A stretch of DNA of 64,000 bases from Candidatus Hydrogenedentota bacterium (GTDB taxonomy: Bacteria > Hydrogenedentota > Hydrogenedentia > Hydrogenedentales > JAEUWI01): the NCBI GenBank assembly GCA_034669905.1, contig JAXMOL010000016.1, positions 1-64,000 of the forward strand. Direction: 5' to 3'. The notes beneath the pieces were generated by a model, which ran no database searches, was not told the origin of the DNA, and saw nothing but the letters and a program-made list of their open reading frames with translations. The translations under genes were made by a program, and so were the position numbers. This document shows, in pieces, positions 11,201-19,093 of the stretch. The first letter of the stretch is position 1; each line of letters begins with the position of its first letter.

Positions 11201-11662
11201 AGTCCCTTTGCCCTGACCAATACGGATGTCATCGCGGGGGTTAAACCCATGGCGGTCCTGACCCTGCACCTCGACCCCACCCAGACCCAACACACCGTGC
11301 CGTTGCCGGCTGACTTCGCCAATCGCCACGTGATCATCAAGGTCGAGGCACACGGAATGAGCCGCTCCGACATCCGCTATGCGAGTGAAATTCTTACCCA
11401 ACGTATGGAGCGCTATGGACAGATTCGGGTCACCCGCAAGTCTGACAACACCCCGCTAGCCAAGGCCTACGTAAAGGTCTTCGCCCGACTGCACGATGGA
11501 GAAGAACTCTTCTACCGGGATGGTTACACCGACCTCCGGGGCCGCTTTGACTATGCGTCGTCAAGTACCCTCGATCTCAACAATGTGGCCGAGTTTTCCC
11601 TGCTCGTCATAAGCGAAGAACTCGGCGCCAACGTGCTGACTGCGGCCCCACCGGCGCGATAG
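5237..11662 (+). CDS. Giant (2141 aa) secreted hypothetical protein, alpha-helical and beta-sandwich regions, alpha-2-macroglobulin-like layout possible
   Basis: Uninterrupted 6.4-kb ORF, N-terminal signal peptide, GGGAG RBS, C-terminal FYRDGYTDLRGRFDYAS; no CxEQ thioester motif seen. Confidence 0.85.
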   Translation: MPLRTYLAVVFLFLGIQPASMAELQNVALGGAAPHEDELPSVNYVAQPPGEVDLDFLERFALAEDRGEVLKELVPGTLPYYYFSCLHLQEQGAFDEVDALLVTWVERHGDSPQVIEIRHRQALLRYDSQPADTLEYLKSTFQLRFNHQRQVPGVTPDYPTALDPTLIDRETLREQALKKSSQSDHIDAFNPSAYDWLLTSNLAESHLRSLLGKLQRPDYPQLAENIAADLNGRNSGGFGSLPIHTLLTRGQLDTLLQHKPELRDDDTFVQTYVRRLVPSADNDQWRRDPVAMEAYLDRLEDFVEGLAPAHHTLKAHVRYHRLAFDQSQGIYDAQRFLAYLRIPRHTPYVHPDMLKKVAQRNHVADLQRDFGEATVLPPIQNDDTLVADYFRHFFAEGHDIDRYRPYVRESFLRTVFAETQLLRGTGDMEQWYSWLSPDAVEALKARVDVNFAPENQQQFAQDEAVTVDVLLKNVDRLLVKVYEIDTLNYYREFDRGISTDINLDGLVANHEEVYTYDEVPLRQHRRTFSFPEIKGKGVWIIELVGNGASSRALISKGSLQYLSHTGPTGPVFTLFDETGRRVTDGSIWFAGRHYPANDDGRITLPFSTDPGTRTVLLCQGDFATRAPMEHLGERYHLKAGIHVDSESIRAGKMAQVVLRPLLYLNGRPMPLSLLRNPTLEVYSDTHDGVKSTQRIDQLQLKDDAALVESFRVPANLSQLSFTFRATVQPLTQNAPQELQSQQSVEVNGILTQPRTASLFLHQSEQEYSVEVRDTSGNLLPDHALHVQLHHRDFVEPVEAHLKTDEAGRAHLGSLPDIVKMGAYSRDTTRQGHISAEWNLPAPTFTYPSIINGSSLTPLRIPYAGREHTTQPRLATLLEMNNGTYMADRSDALRVEEGYLIVSELPPGDYLLHLKEANRQITLRLTESEVVDGQLASTTRVMDAQVPTPLQIQSVDADDSELRIQLAGANALTQVHIVGSHFLPARLLAHSLDIDQRQIPAMRRMTPDQALYTNSRPIGDEYRYVLERRFATKYPGNMLERPGLLLTPWAIEETEASQEAAEEGAAIPSVMADEAASPPPPAPAPSPARTANLNPALSPAFDFLDGGMAVAYNLIPDEQGMVTLPREALQGRNYLQVVATDPTATVSRSAALPAIPWSPRDLRLADGLEPDSHVVEHKRVKLLAENESLTIDRTGDVTVQLYDSVPSVLNLLSTLSRDPQLQKFQFVGQWPQLSAEEKAEKFSQFASHELNFFLYHKDRDFFEATVRPFLENKFHKTFLDRWLLEEDLSPFLDPWQFEQLNRVEQVLLAKRFPEVQKAVAEKLRDALEMMPPNPALENMRFMTALHGTALRGSRGRGDGIELDGSIRIRGNFYDDHDRVAGNGGFDPRAGGFAGGGGLGARSDGIRESVRSARTVQEAKAKKDANTFNLMDSVQNGAFAMESEALDEARSQYRALYRAPDTTKALVETNYYERTVEATHSDIIPVNAFWADYANTPAGNPFFTTHLAQADSGFTEAMMALAVLDVPFESPQHTLDTEEGSYTVQAAGRAIAYFKNLESADVSAEKTPVLVSQNYFQEDDRYRFEGNQQHDKFVTDEFLTGPVYGCQVVVTNPTSTPYEFNVLHQLPEGALPVNTARYTQSVPVSLGAYSTHRLEYYFYFPEAGTFTHFPAHISQEDELLAFADGTTLNVVVEASQVDTSSWEYIAHQADSETVLDYLKTANLNRIELVHICWRLKDQDFFVRVIDVLNGRRIYAPDVWSYAIHHNNAEAIRTFLAHRTDLPNQVGPVIESPLLELEPVERRFYQHMEFAPLINPRAHHPNGKWMITNGQLMVQYRALLNVLAHRNSLRPEDHLALSYYFLLQDRVEDGLAQFAQLAPSALPTRIQYDYLHAYVKFYEEDPEAAVAIATPYAEYPVEAWRDRFNTVLAQAAAIRGETMVAAGQADQDRLASEEPQLDLDVSDDGIQLYFQNLQECTLSFYPIDLEMLFSRSPFALTNTDVIAGVKPMAVLTLHLDPTQTQHTVPLPADFANRHVIIKVEAHGMSRSDIRYASEILTQRMERYGQIRVTRKSDNTPLAKAYVKVFARLHDGEELFYRDGYTDLRGRFDYASSSTLDLNNVAEFSLLVISEELGANVLTAAPPAR

Positions 11663-11715
11663 CCCCTTCGGGGAGCAATCCTCGCCGTACGAAAGGCCCC
11701 TGTTTACACAAATAA

Positions 11716-11763
11716 GAAACGGCCCTGACGCTCGATTAAATCGCGTCAGGGCCGTCGTATTTC
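11716..11763. terminator. Probable bidirectional terminator between convergent genes
   Basis: ACGGCCCTGACGC...GCGTCAGGGCCGT 13-bp stem flanked by A-rich and T-rich tracts. Confidence 0.75.
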
Positions 11764-11785
11764 TGGTTTAGCTATTCCGCACTAC

Positions 11786-13603
11786 CTAGAAGGCGTCGGC
11801 GGCATCCAATTCGGTGAAGCCATCATCTTCCCGTCCCGTGATGTGCGGTCCGGTCAGCATGTCTTTGTACGACAGGCCGGGGCCCACCATGGGATATACA
11901 AAGGCGTTGCCATCGGTCATCACTTCGAGGAAGGCGGGCCCTTCGAATTTAATGAAGGCCTCCACCACCTTTTTCAGGTCGTCACGGGCTTCCACCCGTT
12001 CCGCAAATTTAAAGCCATCGGCTTTGGCGGCCGCCACGAAATCTTTCTGGTGCAGGGTCTTGTCCGTGCCAGAAAAGCGGCTGCCGAAATAGAGGGTCTG
12101 CCACTGAACCACCATACCGTCTCCCCGGTTGTTCAACAGGAGAATCTTTACCGGCAACTCATAGTTCGTGCAGGTCTCCATTTCACCCAGATTCATCCGG
12201 ATACTGCCGTCGCCGTCCACGTCGATAACGATCTTGTCGGGACAACCCACCTGGGCCCCTACCGCAGCGGGCAGGCCATAGCCCATGGTGCCCATACTAC
12301 CGGAGGTAAGCCAGGTGCGGGGCTCCTTGAAATCGAAATACTGGGCCGCAAACATCTGGTGCTGACCCACGCCCGTCGTGACAATGGCATCCCCTTTGGT
12401 CACTTCGTTGATGAGGGCAAGCACTTCCTGGGGCTGGATGATGTCGCTCTCGGTATTGAAAGCCATTTTGTGCTTTTCTTTGAGCTTCTGTACGTAATCC
12501 AGCCACGACTTGTGGGTAATCTGTTCCTTACCACCCGCAGCCGTAAGACTGCGCAGGGTCAGGCCGGCATCGCCCACGTGGTGCCAATCCACCATCTTGA
12601 CCTTGCCGATTTCGGCGGCGTCAATATCGATATGGGCGATTTTCGCGCGGGCGGCGAAGGCATCGGGCTTGCCGGCCACACGGTCATCAAAACGCGCGCC
12701 AACCGCGATGAGAAAATCGCAGTCTTCCACGGCGTAGTTGGCGTAGGCCGTACCGTGCATGCCCAGCATGTGAAGGCAGAGGGGGTCCGTCGTGTCGATG
12801 GCGCCAATGCCCATCAAGGTGGTCACAACGGGTATCTGAAACTTCCGGGCAAACTCGGTCAATTCCTGGCTGGCGTTGCTGTTGATCACCCCACCACCCG
12901 CATAAATAAGGGGGCGCTTGGCGGCTTTCAACATGGCAAGAAAGGACTGGGCCTTACGATCGGGCAACGTGGCCTGCTCGATCCGATCAATCCGGGCCTG
13001 GTAGCCCTTCATTTCCAGGGTACCTTCTCCGATGAACTCACCTTCCCAATTCTGTACGTCTTTGGGAATATCAATCACCACGGGCCCCGGACGGCCACTG
13101 CGGGCGATGTGGAAAGCCGCCCGTACGGTGGCTTCCAACTCGTCGGGGTTCTTCACCAGGAATACATGCTTGGCGCAGCTACTCATGATATTGAAGACGG
13201 GCGCTTCCTGGAAGGCGTCTGTTCCGACAGCGGCACGAGGCACTTGTCCACAGATAACGATCATAGGAATCGAGTCGGCCATGGCATCGCGCACGGGCGT
13301 TACCGTGTTGGTGGCACCCGGACCGGAGGTCACCAGGGTGACGCCGACCTTGCCGGTCACGCGGGAGTACCCCGCTGCCATGAACCCCGCTCCCTGCTCA
13401 TTCGCAGGCACCAGGAGTTTAATCTCCTGCTTGGGGTTGTCTTCGTTCCAGCGAAACACTGCGTCGTAGGTGGGCAGGATGGCACCACCGCTGTATCCGA
13501 AAATGGCGTCGGTGCCTTCATCGGCGAGGACCTGTATCACCATCTCGGCGCCGGTCATGGTTTTTCCTGCCCGTGGGTGACTCGCAACCTTTGCTGTAGC
13601 CAT
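11786..13603 (-). CDS. ilvB: Acetolactate synthase large (catalytic) subunit
   Basis: FGYSGGAILP, VTSGPGATN, GMHG, VGQHQM, GSMGTMGYGLPAA, GDGS...NN ThDP motif. Confidence 0.95.
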   Translation of the reverse strand: MATAKVASHPRAGKTMTGAEMVIQVLADEGTDAIFGYSGGAILPTYDAVFRWNEDNPKQEIKLLVPANEQGAGFMAAGYSRVTGKVGVTLVTSGPGATNTVTPVRDAMADSIPMIVICGQVPRAAVGTDAFQEAPVFNIMSSCAKHVFLVKNPDELEATVRAAFHIARSGRPGPVVIDIPKDVQNWEGEFIGEGTLEMKGYQARIDRIEQATLPDRKAQSFLAMLKAAKRPLIYAGGGVINSNASQELTEFARKFQIPVVTTLMGIGAIDTTDPLCLHMLGMHGTAYANYAVEDCDFLIAVGARFDDRVAGKPDAFAARAKIAHIDIDAAEIGKVKMVDWHHVGDAGLTLRSLTAAGGKEQITHKSWLDYVQKLKEKHKMAFNTESDIIQPQEVLALINEVTKGDAIVTTGVGQHQMFAAQYFDFKEPRTWLTSGSMGTMGYGLPAAVGAQVGCPDKIVIDVDGDGSIRMNLGEMETCTNYELPVKILLLNNRGDGMVVQWQTLYFGSRFSGTDKTLHQKDFVAAAKADGFKFAERVEARDDLKKVVEAFIKFEGPAFLEVMTDGNAFVYPMVGPGLSYKDMLTGPHITGREDDGFTELDAADAF

Positions 13604-13753
13604 TAGTCCCTGTCTCCTTACGTTCCTGATTCAATGGGGTTGCCCGCCGACTTCTCCCGAGATGGGGTCGGTGGCCTGGGGTCTCATACTACTTATTTAG
13701 ACCCGGGGATATGCATGCTTTTACGCGCTGTTGCCCCGCAGGGCCTAACGTGA

Positions 13754-13795
13754 AAAAAAGAGCGCCGCGGCGGTAGAACCGGGGCGGCGCTCTTT
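13754..13795 (-). terminator. rpsA Rho-independent terminator
   Basis: Minus strand AAAGAGCGCCGC...GCGGCGCTCTTTTTTT. Confidence 0.85.
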
Positions 13796-13826
13796 GGGTG
13801 TCATGTTACACGTAAGCGTCGAGTGC

Positions 13827-15770
13827 TTACTCGGCCTTGTCGCTATCCGCGCTTTCAGCAGGCGCTTCTTCGGGCGCTGCTGTCGTCGCTTCGGCGTCCG
13901 ACGCAACCTTTGCGGCTTCGGCTTCCGCATCGGCTTCCGCCGTACGGGCTGCTTCGGCCTTGCTCACCGCCGCCATCATTTCGTGGGCCACATCGGCAAG
14001 ACTACGTCCCGCCTGCATCATGCTATCGGGCATGGAACCCTGCATGGCGGCACTCACGTCAACCGATGCGCCACCGGATTCGCCGTGCTCACTCATGAGC
14101 GACTTGTCCATATCGCGCTGGGCTTCACGGATGCTCAGCCCAATCTTGCGGTCGCCGGCGCTGACGCTGATGACCTTGGCCATCACCTTGTCGCCGATGT
14201 TGAGCACTTCTTCGGGCTTCTGCACGCGGTCGGAGGAGAGTTCGCTGACGTGGATAAGGCCTTCAATGCCATTATCCAGTTTTGCGAAGGCACCAAAGCT
14301 CACGAGCTTGGCGATCTCAACTTCCACGACACTGCCCATGGGCATCTTCTCGATGACAGCCAGCCACGGATCCGTTTCAAGCTGCTTCATGCCGACGCTG
14401 ATCTTCTCGGTGTCGGTATCGATGCTGAGGATCTTGACCTGAATTTCCTGGCCCTTCTCGAGTACTTCGGAGGGGTGAGGAACTTTCTTGGTCCAGGAGA
14501 TGTCGCTCACGTGAAGGAGGCCGTCGATGCCTTCTTCAATCTGCACAAACGCACCGTAATCGGTCAGGTTGCGCACCGTACCCGTAACCGTGGAGTTGAC
14601 CGGGTAACGTTCGGCCAGCTGCTTCCAGGGGTTGGGCTGGGTCTGCTTGATACCCAGGGCGATCTTTTCGGAATCGGGGTCGACGGTCAGGACCATCACG
14701 TCCACTTCCGCGTCGAGCTCGAGGATTTCGTTGGGGTGACGCACGCGGCGGGTCCAGCTCATTTCGCTGACGTGGACCATGCCCTCGATGCCTTCTTCCA
14801 ACTGGACGAACGCGCCGTAGTCGGTCATGCTGACCACGCGACCACGAACCACGCTGCCGACGGGATAATTGTCGACGGCGGTCTTCCAGGGATTCTCGGA
14901 CTTCTGCTTGAGGCCCAGGCTGATGCGTTCCGACTGGGGATCGAAGCTGAGCACCATGACTTCAATTTCCTGGCCGACACTGACGACCTGCGACGGGTGC
15001 TTGACCCGGCCCCAGCTCATGTCGGTCACGTGCAACAGACCGTCGATACCACCCACGTCGACGAAGGCGCCGAAGTCGGTAATATTCTTAACTTCACCCT
15101 TGAGGACTTTACCGACCTCAATGGTTTCAAGGAGTTTTTCTTTTTCACCCGCACGCTGCTCTTCGAGCAACTTACGACGGCTTACCACCACATTGCGGCG
15201 GCGCTTGGTAAGCTTGATGATTTTCAGTTCCATCGACTCGCCGATGTAACGTTCCAAATCACCCATGGGGCGGAACGTCAACTGACTGGCGGGCATGAAT
15301 GCGTCGATGCCGATGTCCACTTTCAGGCCACCCTTGACGCGGCGAACGATCGTACCTTCGATGGTACCGTCGGCCTCGTAGATCTCCTGGACTTTTTCCC
15401 AGTTCTTGATCCGGTCTGCCTTCATCTTGGACAACACGGGAAGACCGGCTTCATTTTCCGGGTCTTCGATGTAGAAGTCGAACTCGTCGCCAACTGCCAG
15501 CTTATCAGCCTGGAGGAATTCAGAGTTGGGCACGATGCCTTCGCTCTTGTATCCAATGTCAACGAGTACGCGATCATCGGCAATTTCCATTACCTTACCG
15601 CGAACCACTTCGCCTTCTTTAAAATTCTGGATTCCCTCACCAAAGAGGGCCTCCATGCTGTTGGCTGCCAATTCAGCTTCAAGCTCCGAATCCAATTCGG
15701 AAAGCCCGTCTGCCATAATGGATTCCATTAGCTGCCGGTTTGATTCCATCATTTCTGTTTCCTGACTCAT
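13827..15770 (-). CDS. rpsA: 30S ribosomal protein S1
   Basis: Six S1 domains (DIGYKSEG, FMPASQ, TDFGAFVD.GG.DGLLH repeats); Ala/Glu-rich C-terminal tail; AGGAG RBS. Confidence 0.97.
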   Translation of the reverse strand: MSQETEMMESNRQLMESIMADGLSELDSELEAELAANSMEALFGEGIQNFKEGEVVRGKVMEIADDRVLVDIGYKSEGIVPNSEFLQADKLAVGDEFDFYIEDPENEAGLPVLSKMKADRIKNWEKVQEIYEADGTIEGTIVRRVKGGLKVDIGIDAFMPASQLTFRPMGDLERYIGESMELKIIKLTKRRRNVVVSRRKLLEEQRAGEKEKLLETIEVGKVLKGEVKNITDFGAFVDVGGIDGLLHVTDMSWGRVKHPSQVVSVGQEIEVMVLSFDPQSERISLGLKQKSENPWKTAVDNYPVGSVVRGRVVSMTDYGAFVQLEEGIEGMVHVSEMSWTRRVRHPNEILELDAEVDVMVLTVDPDSEKIALGIKQTQPNPWKQLAERYPVNSTVTGTVRNLTDYGAFVQIEEGIDGLLHVSDISWTKKVPHPSEVLEKGQEIQVKILSIDTDTEKISVGMKQLETDPWLAVIEKMPMGSVVEVEIAKLVSFGAFAKLDNGIEGLIHVSELSSDRVQKPEEVLNIGDKVMAKVISVSAGDRKIGLSIREAQRDMDKSLMSEHGESGGASVDVSAAMQGSMPDSMMQAGRSLADVAHEMMAAVSKAEAARTAEADAEAEAAKVASDAEATTAAPEEAPAESADSDKAE

Positions 15771-15825
15771 GAGAAGAACACATCTCCTGTTAAAATAGAT
15801 TTACCGCGCAAAACGGCATCTTGGT

Positions 15826-15855
15826 AGCGTAACAAATAGATACCATAGGAGTCAA
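15826..15855 (-). promoter_or_regulatory. Putative sigma70-type promoter of rpsA
   Basis: TTGACT-N18-TACGCT with TG extended -10; same architecture as the groES promoter. Confidence 0.5.
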
Positions 15856-15921
15856 ACCGAGAATCTTTTCCATCGCGTGCCTTCCATTTCGACACGATGT
15901 CCTCCCGTTGCCCCCTGTCCG

Positions 15922-16722
15922 TCAGCCTGCGGACCGCTGGGCTTCTTCGAACTGAAGCAAGCGGTTGGCCACCCGCTCAAAGCCGTTATTGTGGGCCAAC
16001 GTCGCCAAAGTCCAGTTCTCTTTGGGCGTCCGCTGAAACACGTCTCCCCCGGCCGCCACCATCAATTCCGTCGACTCCATGCCCCCTCCCGCGACGGCAA
16101 GTTGCAGGGCCGTCATCCCATCTCCACCTTTCGCCGCCACATCGGCTCCCCGTTCCAAGAGCAGGCGGACCATCGCGGGATCCTTACACTTGACCGCCAT
16201 CATCAGGGCCGTCATGTTCTTGGCGGAACGATGCTCCACATTGGCACGACGCTGCAGCAATAACGTAACGAGTGGAAGGCGTCCCTTCTCCACGGCGAGC
16301 AACAGGGCCGTGCGATTATGGCGCTCCACGGCCTCCAGGTCGGCTCCGTGGTCCAGGAGGAGTCCCACCACCGCGTCATGACCCTGGGCAGCGGCCGCGA
16401 GCAATGGGGTTACGCCCTTTTTCAGGCGGGCATCCACCTTGGCGCCTTGCTTCAGGAGGCACTCCACGATCCGGGCGTGGCCATTCTTTGCCGCGTAGTA
16501 GAGTGCGGTGTTGCCATTTTGCCCCTTATAATCGACTTCGGCACCGTGGCGGAGCAGCAATTGCACCGCCTCCAGTTGTCCCGCGCCAGCGGCGAGCGTC
16601 AACGGTGTGGCCCGATCTTTATTCCGCTGATCGGGCGAAGATTCCTTGGCGAGCAGGCGGGTGAGCCGGGCCATATCACCCTTCTCCGCCGCCTCGAATA
16701 TGGAACGAAACATACTAATCAT
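15922..16722 (-). CDS. Ankyrin repeat protein
   Basis: About 7 repeats of TPL/TAL..AA..G....V.LLL..GA. Confidence 0.93.
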   Translation of the reverse strand: MISMFRSIFEAAEKGDMARLTRLLAKESSPDQRNKDRATPLTLAAGAGQLEAVQLLLRHGAEVDYKGQNGNTALYYAAKNGHARIVECLLKQGAKVDARLKKGVTPLLAAAAQGHDAVVGLLLDHGADLEAVERHNRTALLLAVEKGRLPLVTLLLQRRANVEHRSAKNMTALMMAVKCKDPAMVRLLLERGADVAAKGGDGMTALQLAVAGGGMESTELMVAAGGDVFQRTPKENWTLATLAHNNGFERVANRLLQFEEAQRSAG

Positions 16723-16909
16723 TCAGAAACCCCGAGCGGGCACGGTACACCGCCGCTCATGTTGTTGGAGTGGCCCCGACACCGCCCCTGTCTAATCCAG
16801 TGCTTATGCACACACCATTACTACCATAGCAGCTCACACGATAAAACTCAAGGAGGCCAGTAAGAAAGAACCTCAGAAAACGGTCTGCCTGTAGCCCTTC
16901 GGGCAGTTA

Positions 16910-17683
16910 TTACCCAAGCGCAGGTAGGGTCGCAGCCTCCCCGTTCACATACTGCGTAAAAGCTGTTCCATCCCATACCGTGTGCACCCGATGGGCCAGC
17001 CAGTCTCCCGTATTGATGTAAATGCCCGTGCGCCCTTCAGAAGAGACGGCTTCAATAACCGGAGCATGGGCATGGCCACAGAAGACAACATCCGCTTCAT
17101 CCCGTTCGATGACCGCTATCCCATAGGCCCGCAAGGCCTGGGCTTCCGGACCCTGCGCTGGATCATCGGCCCCCAGCAAGGTCCGACTCCCATGACTCAC
17201 GCCCCGGGCGATGGCCATGGCGAGATCGGGGTGGATACACCGGAAAGCGCCCATAACATAGGGATTCCGCGCAAACTTCTTGTAGGCCCGATAGCGGGTG
17301 TCTGTGGGATTAAGGCCATCCCCATGGACCAGATGCCCGCGGAGCGACCCGAAAGCGTGGGTCATCACGTCGGGGTGCACCTGAAAACCCAGGTCATCGT
17401 GCAGAAATCGCCCGGCCCAAAAGTCGTGGTTGCCGCAGATAAGATGAAGTGCCACCCCCTGATCGCGGAGGTCGGCAAAGGCCCGCAGCACGTTAAAGAA
17501 ATCCGAAAAGATAACGCTGCGGTATTCATACCAGAAATCAAAGAGGTCGCCCAGACAGATTACCGTGTCGTATTCGTCGGGTGAGATACTACGGAGAAAG
17601 GCGACGAATTCTTCCTGGCGAGCGCGATCCTCCGGAATAGCCTTAAGGTGAACATCACTGAAAAGAAGGGTTTTTTTCACCAC
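16910..17683 (-). CDS. lpxH: UDP-2,3-diacylglucosamine diphosphatase (LpxH family)
   Basis: SDVHL, LGDLFDFW, GNHDFW, HGD, GHAH, NTGDW metallophosphoesterase motifs. Confidence 0.85.
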   Translation of the reverse strand: MVKKTLLFSDVHLKAIPEDRARQEEFVAFLRSISPDEYDTVICLGDLFDFWYEYRSVIFSDFFNVLRAFADLRDQGVALHLICGNHDFWAGRFLHDDLGFQVHPDVMTHAFGSLRGHLVHGDGLNPTDTRYRAYKKFARNPYVMGAFRCIHPDLAMAIARGVSHGSRTLLGADDPAQGPEAQALRAYGIAVIERDEADVVFCGHAHAPVIEAVSSEGRTGIYINTGDWLAHRVHTVWDGTAFTQYVNGEAATLPALG

Positions 17684-17767
17684 GGGCGCTTTCTATTCGG
17701 GGAGTGCCGCGATGGGAGAAATCCACCCCGACATCATGTCGTGACGGGCGCAGCCCGGAATCAGATA

Positions 17768-18430
17768 CTAGAGGAAGCCAAAACTACTCAGGGGCCAGAT
17801 GCGCAACACCGCCTTACCGATTATCTGGTCTTCCTGAACGGCCTTGAAACTGCGGCTGTCCTTGCTCACGCTGCGGTGGTCTCCGAGCACATAGTATTCG
17901 CCCTTGTCCAGGAAGACCGGCTCCCGCACATCGGGCGAATGCTGTTCTTCATGGACAAGATAGGGCTCTTCAATCTTCTGATTGTTCACATAGACCGAGC
18001 CATACTCGAAGAGCACCTTGACGTCGTCCGGATCAGTCCCATCGGCCTGTACCGCGCCGGCAGCCACTGTATTCCCCGGCCCCTGGGCCGGTCCGCGCGC
18101 AATGACCCGTTTGATATAGCGCTTGTTGTTTTCCACATTGCTGTCGAAAACCACGATATCACCGGGGTCGAGGGGACTGAATCCACCAATAAAGGGCAGG
18201 TGGGCCAACTTGGTGGGCAATTTGAAGACCAGAATCCGCTCCCGGTCTTCGAGGGTCGGGATCATGGAATCCCCCTGAACCTCATAACCTTCTATGACAA
18301 AAGCCTTTAGACCCCAAAAAACGATCAAAAAGAGGATGACCATCTTGACCAATTCGGTCACTTCCCGCTTCATATCCTGCGGAGTGTCTTCCGACTCTGA
18401 GGGGGTTGCCACCCGTTCTAAAGCTTCCAC
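17768..18430 (-). CDS. lepB: Signal peptidase I
   Basis: One TM, GDSMIPTL (Ser), YIKRVI (Lys), GDHR..SKDSR; GTG 18430 after AAGGA preferred over 18475. Confidence 0.92.
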   Translation of the reverse strand: MEALERVATPSESEDTPQDMKREVTELVKMVILFLIVFWGLKAFVIEGYEVQGDSMIPTLEDRERILVFKLPTKLAHLPFIGGFSPLDPGDIVVFDSNVENNKRYIKRVIARGPAQGPGNTVAAGAVQADGTDPDDVKVLFEYGSVYVNNQKIEEPYLVHEEQHSPDVREPVFLDKGEYYVLGDHRSVSKDSRSFKAVQEDQIIGKAVLRIWPLSSFGFL

Positions 18431-18431
18431 G

Positions 18432-19061
18432 TTAATTTCCTTGTCCTGCGCGTACGCATGGTCGAAATGTACCACGCCGCAGCGAATTGCGCAAGTCTTC
18501 TATCGACCGGACCGGTTCCAAAAACTCCGTCGCATAGGCCCCCACATCACGGAGCCGATGGGCATCGCTCGATGCCGTGGCCCGTCGTCCGAGGTCGTCG
18601 GCGAGTTTCTGCGCCAGTCGTTGCTCATGGGGTGCCAGATTGACACTCTTCACCTCCAGGGCGTCAAAGGGCATATCGACGATGCGCTCGTCAAAGGGTA
18701 TGGCCGCCCGGGTCGGATGCGCCGCAATGCATACCGCCCCCATCGACTGGGCGCGGGCCAGCATCACTTCCGGGGGATGCCCCGGGGCAAATTTCTGGGA
18801 CTCCTCCGGCTCCAATCCATAGATCAGCATGTCACCGTGGGAGGAGCTATACTCAAAGCCTGCAAGTAACAAAAATCCCGGATGGGCCGACTGGGCCACC
18901 AACTCGTCCAACTCGGCACGGCTCCACTGATAGTGGTGCTCCGTCAACACCAGCCCGTCAAGCCCCCGCTGCACCGCCCGATCGATGAGCAGCGCCTCAT
19001 CAATGGCACTACACGCCGAATGACGGCGGGTATGCAGATGAAGGTCAATAACGAGACTCAT
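18432..19061 (-). CDS. PHP domain-containing phosphoesterase
   Basis: DLHLHT, LTEHH, AAHP, SSDAH metal-binding motifs. Confidence 0.9.
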   Translation of the reverse strand: MSLVIDLHLHTRRHSACSAIDEALLIDRAVQRGLDGLVLTEHHYQWSRAELDELVAQSAHPGFLLLAGFEYSSSHGDMLIYGLEPEESQKFAPGHPPEVMLARAQSMGAVCIAAHPTRAAIPFDERIVDMPFDALEVKSVNLAPHEQRLAQKLADDLGRRATASSDAHRLRDVGAYATEFLEPVRSIEDLRNSLRRGTFRPCVRAGQGN

Positions 19062-19093
19062 GACGTCCTCTGGTCAACACCCGCAGTGCACCG

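Noticed and set aside
5237..11662. Firm call as alpha-2-macroglobulin
   Set aside because: No CxEQ thioester motif, no lipobox and no pbpC neighbour; kept only as a structural hypothesis
13604..13795. ilv attenuator or T-box leader
   Set aside because: The hairpin is positioned as the rpsA terminator; no Leu/Ile/Val-rich leader peptide or T-box motif seen
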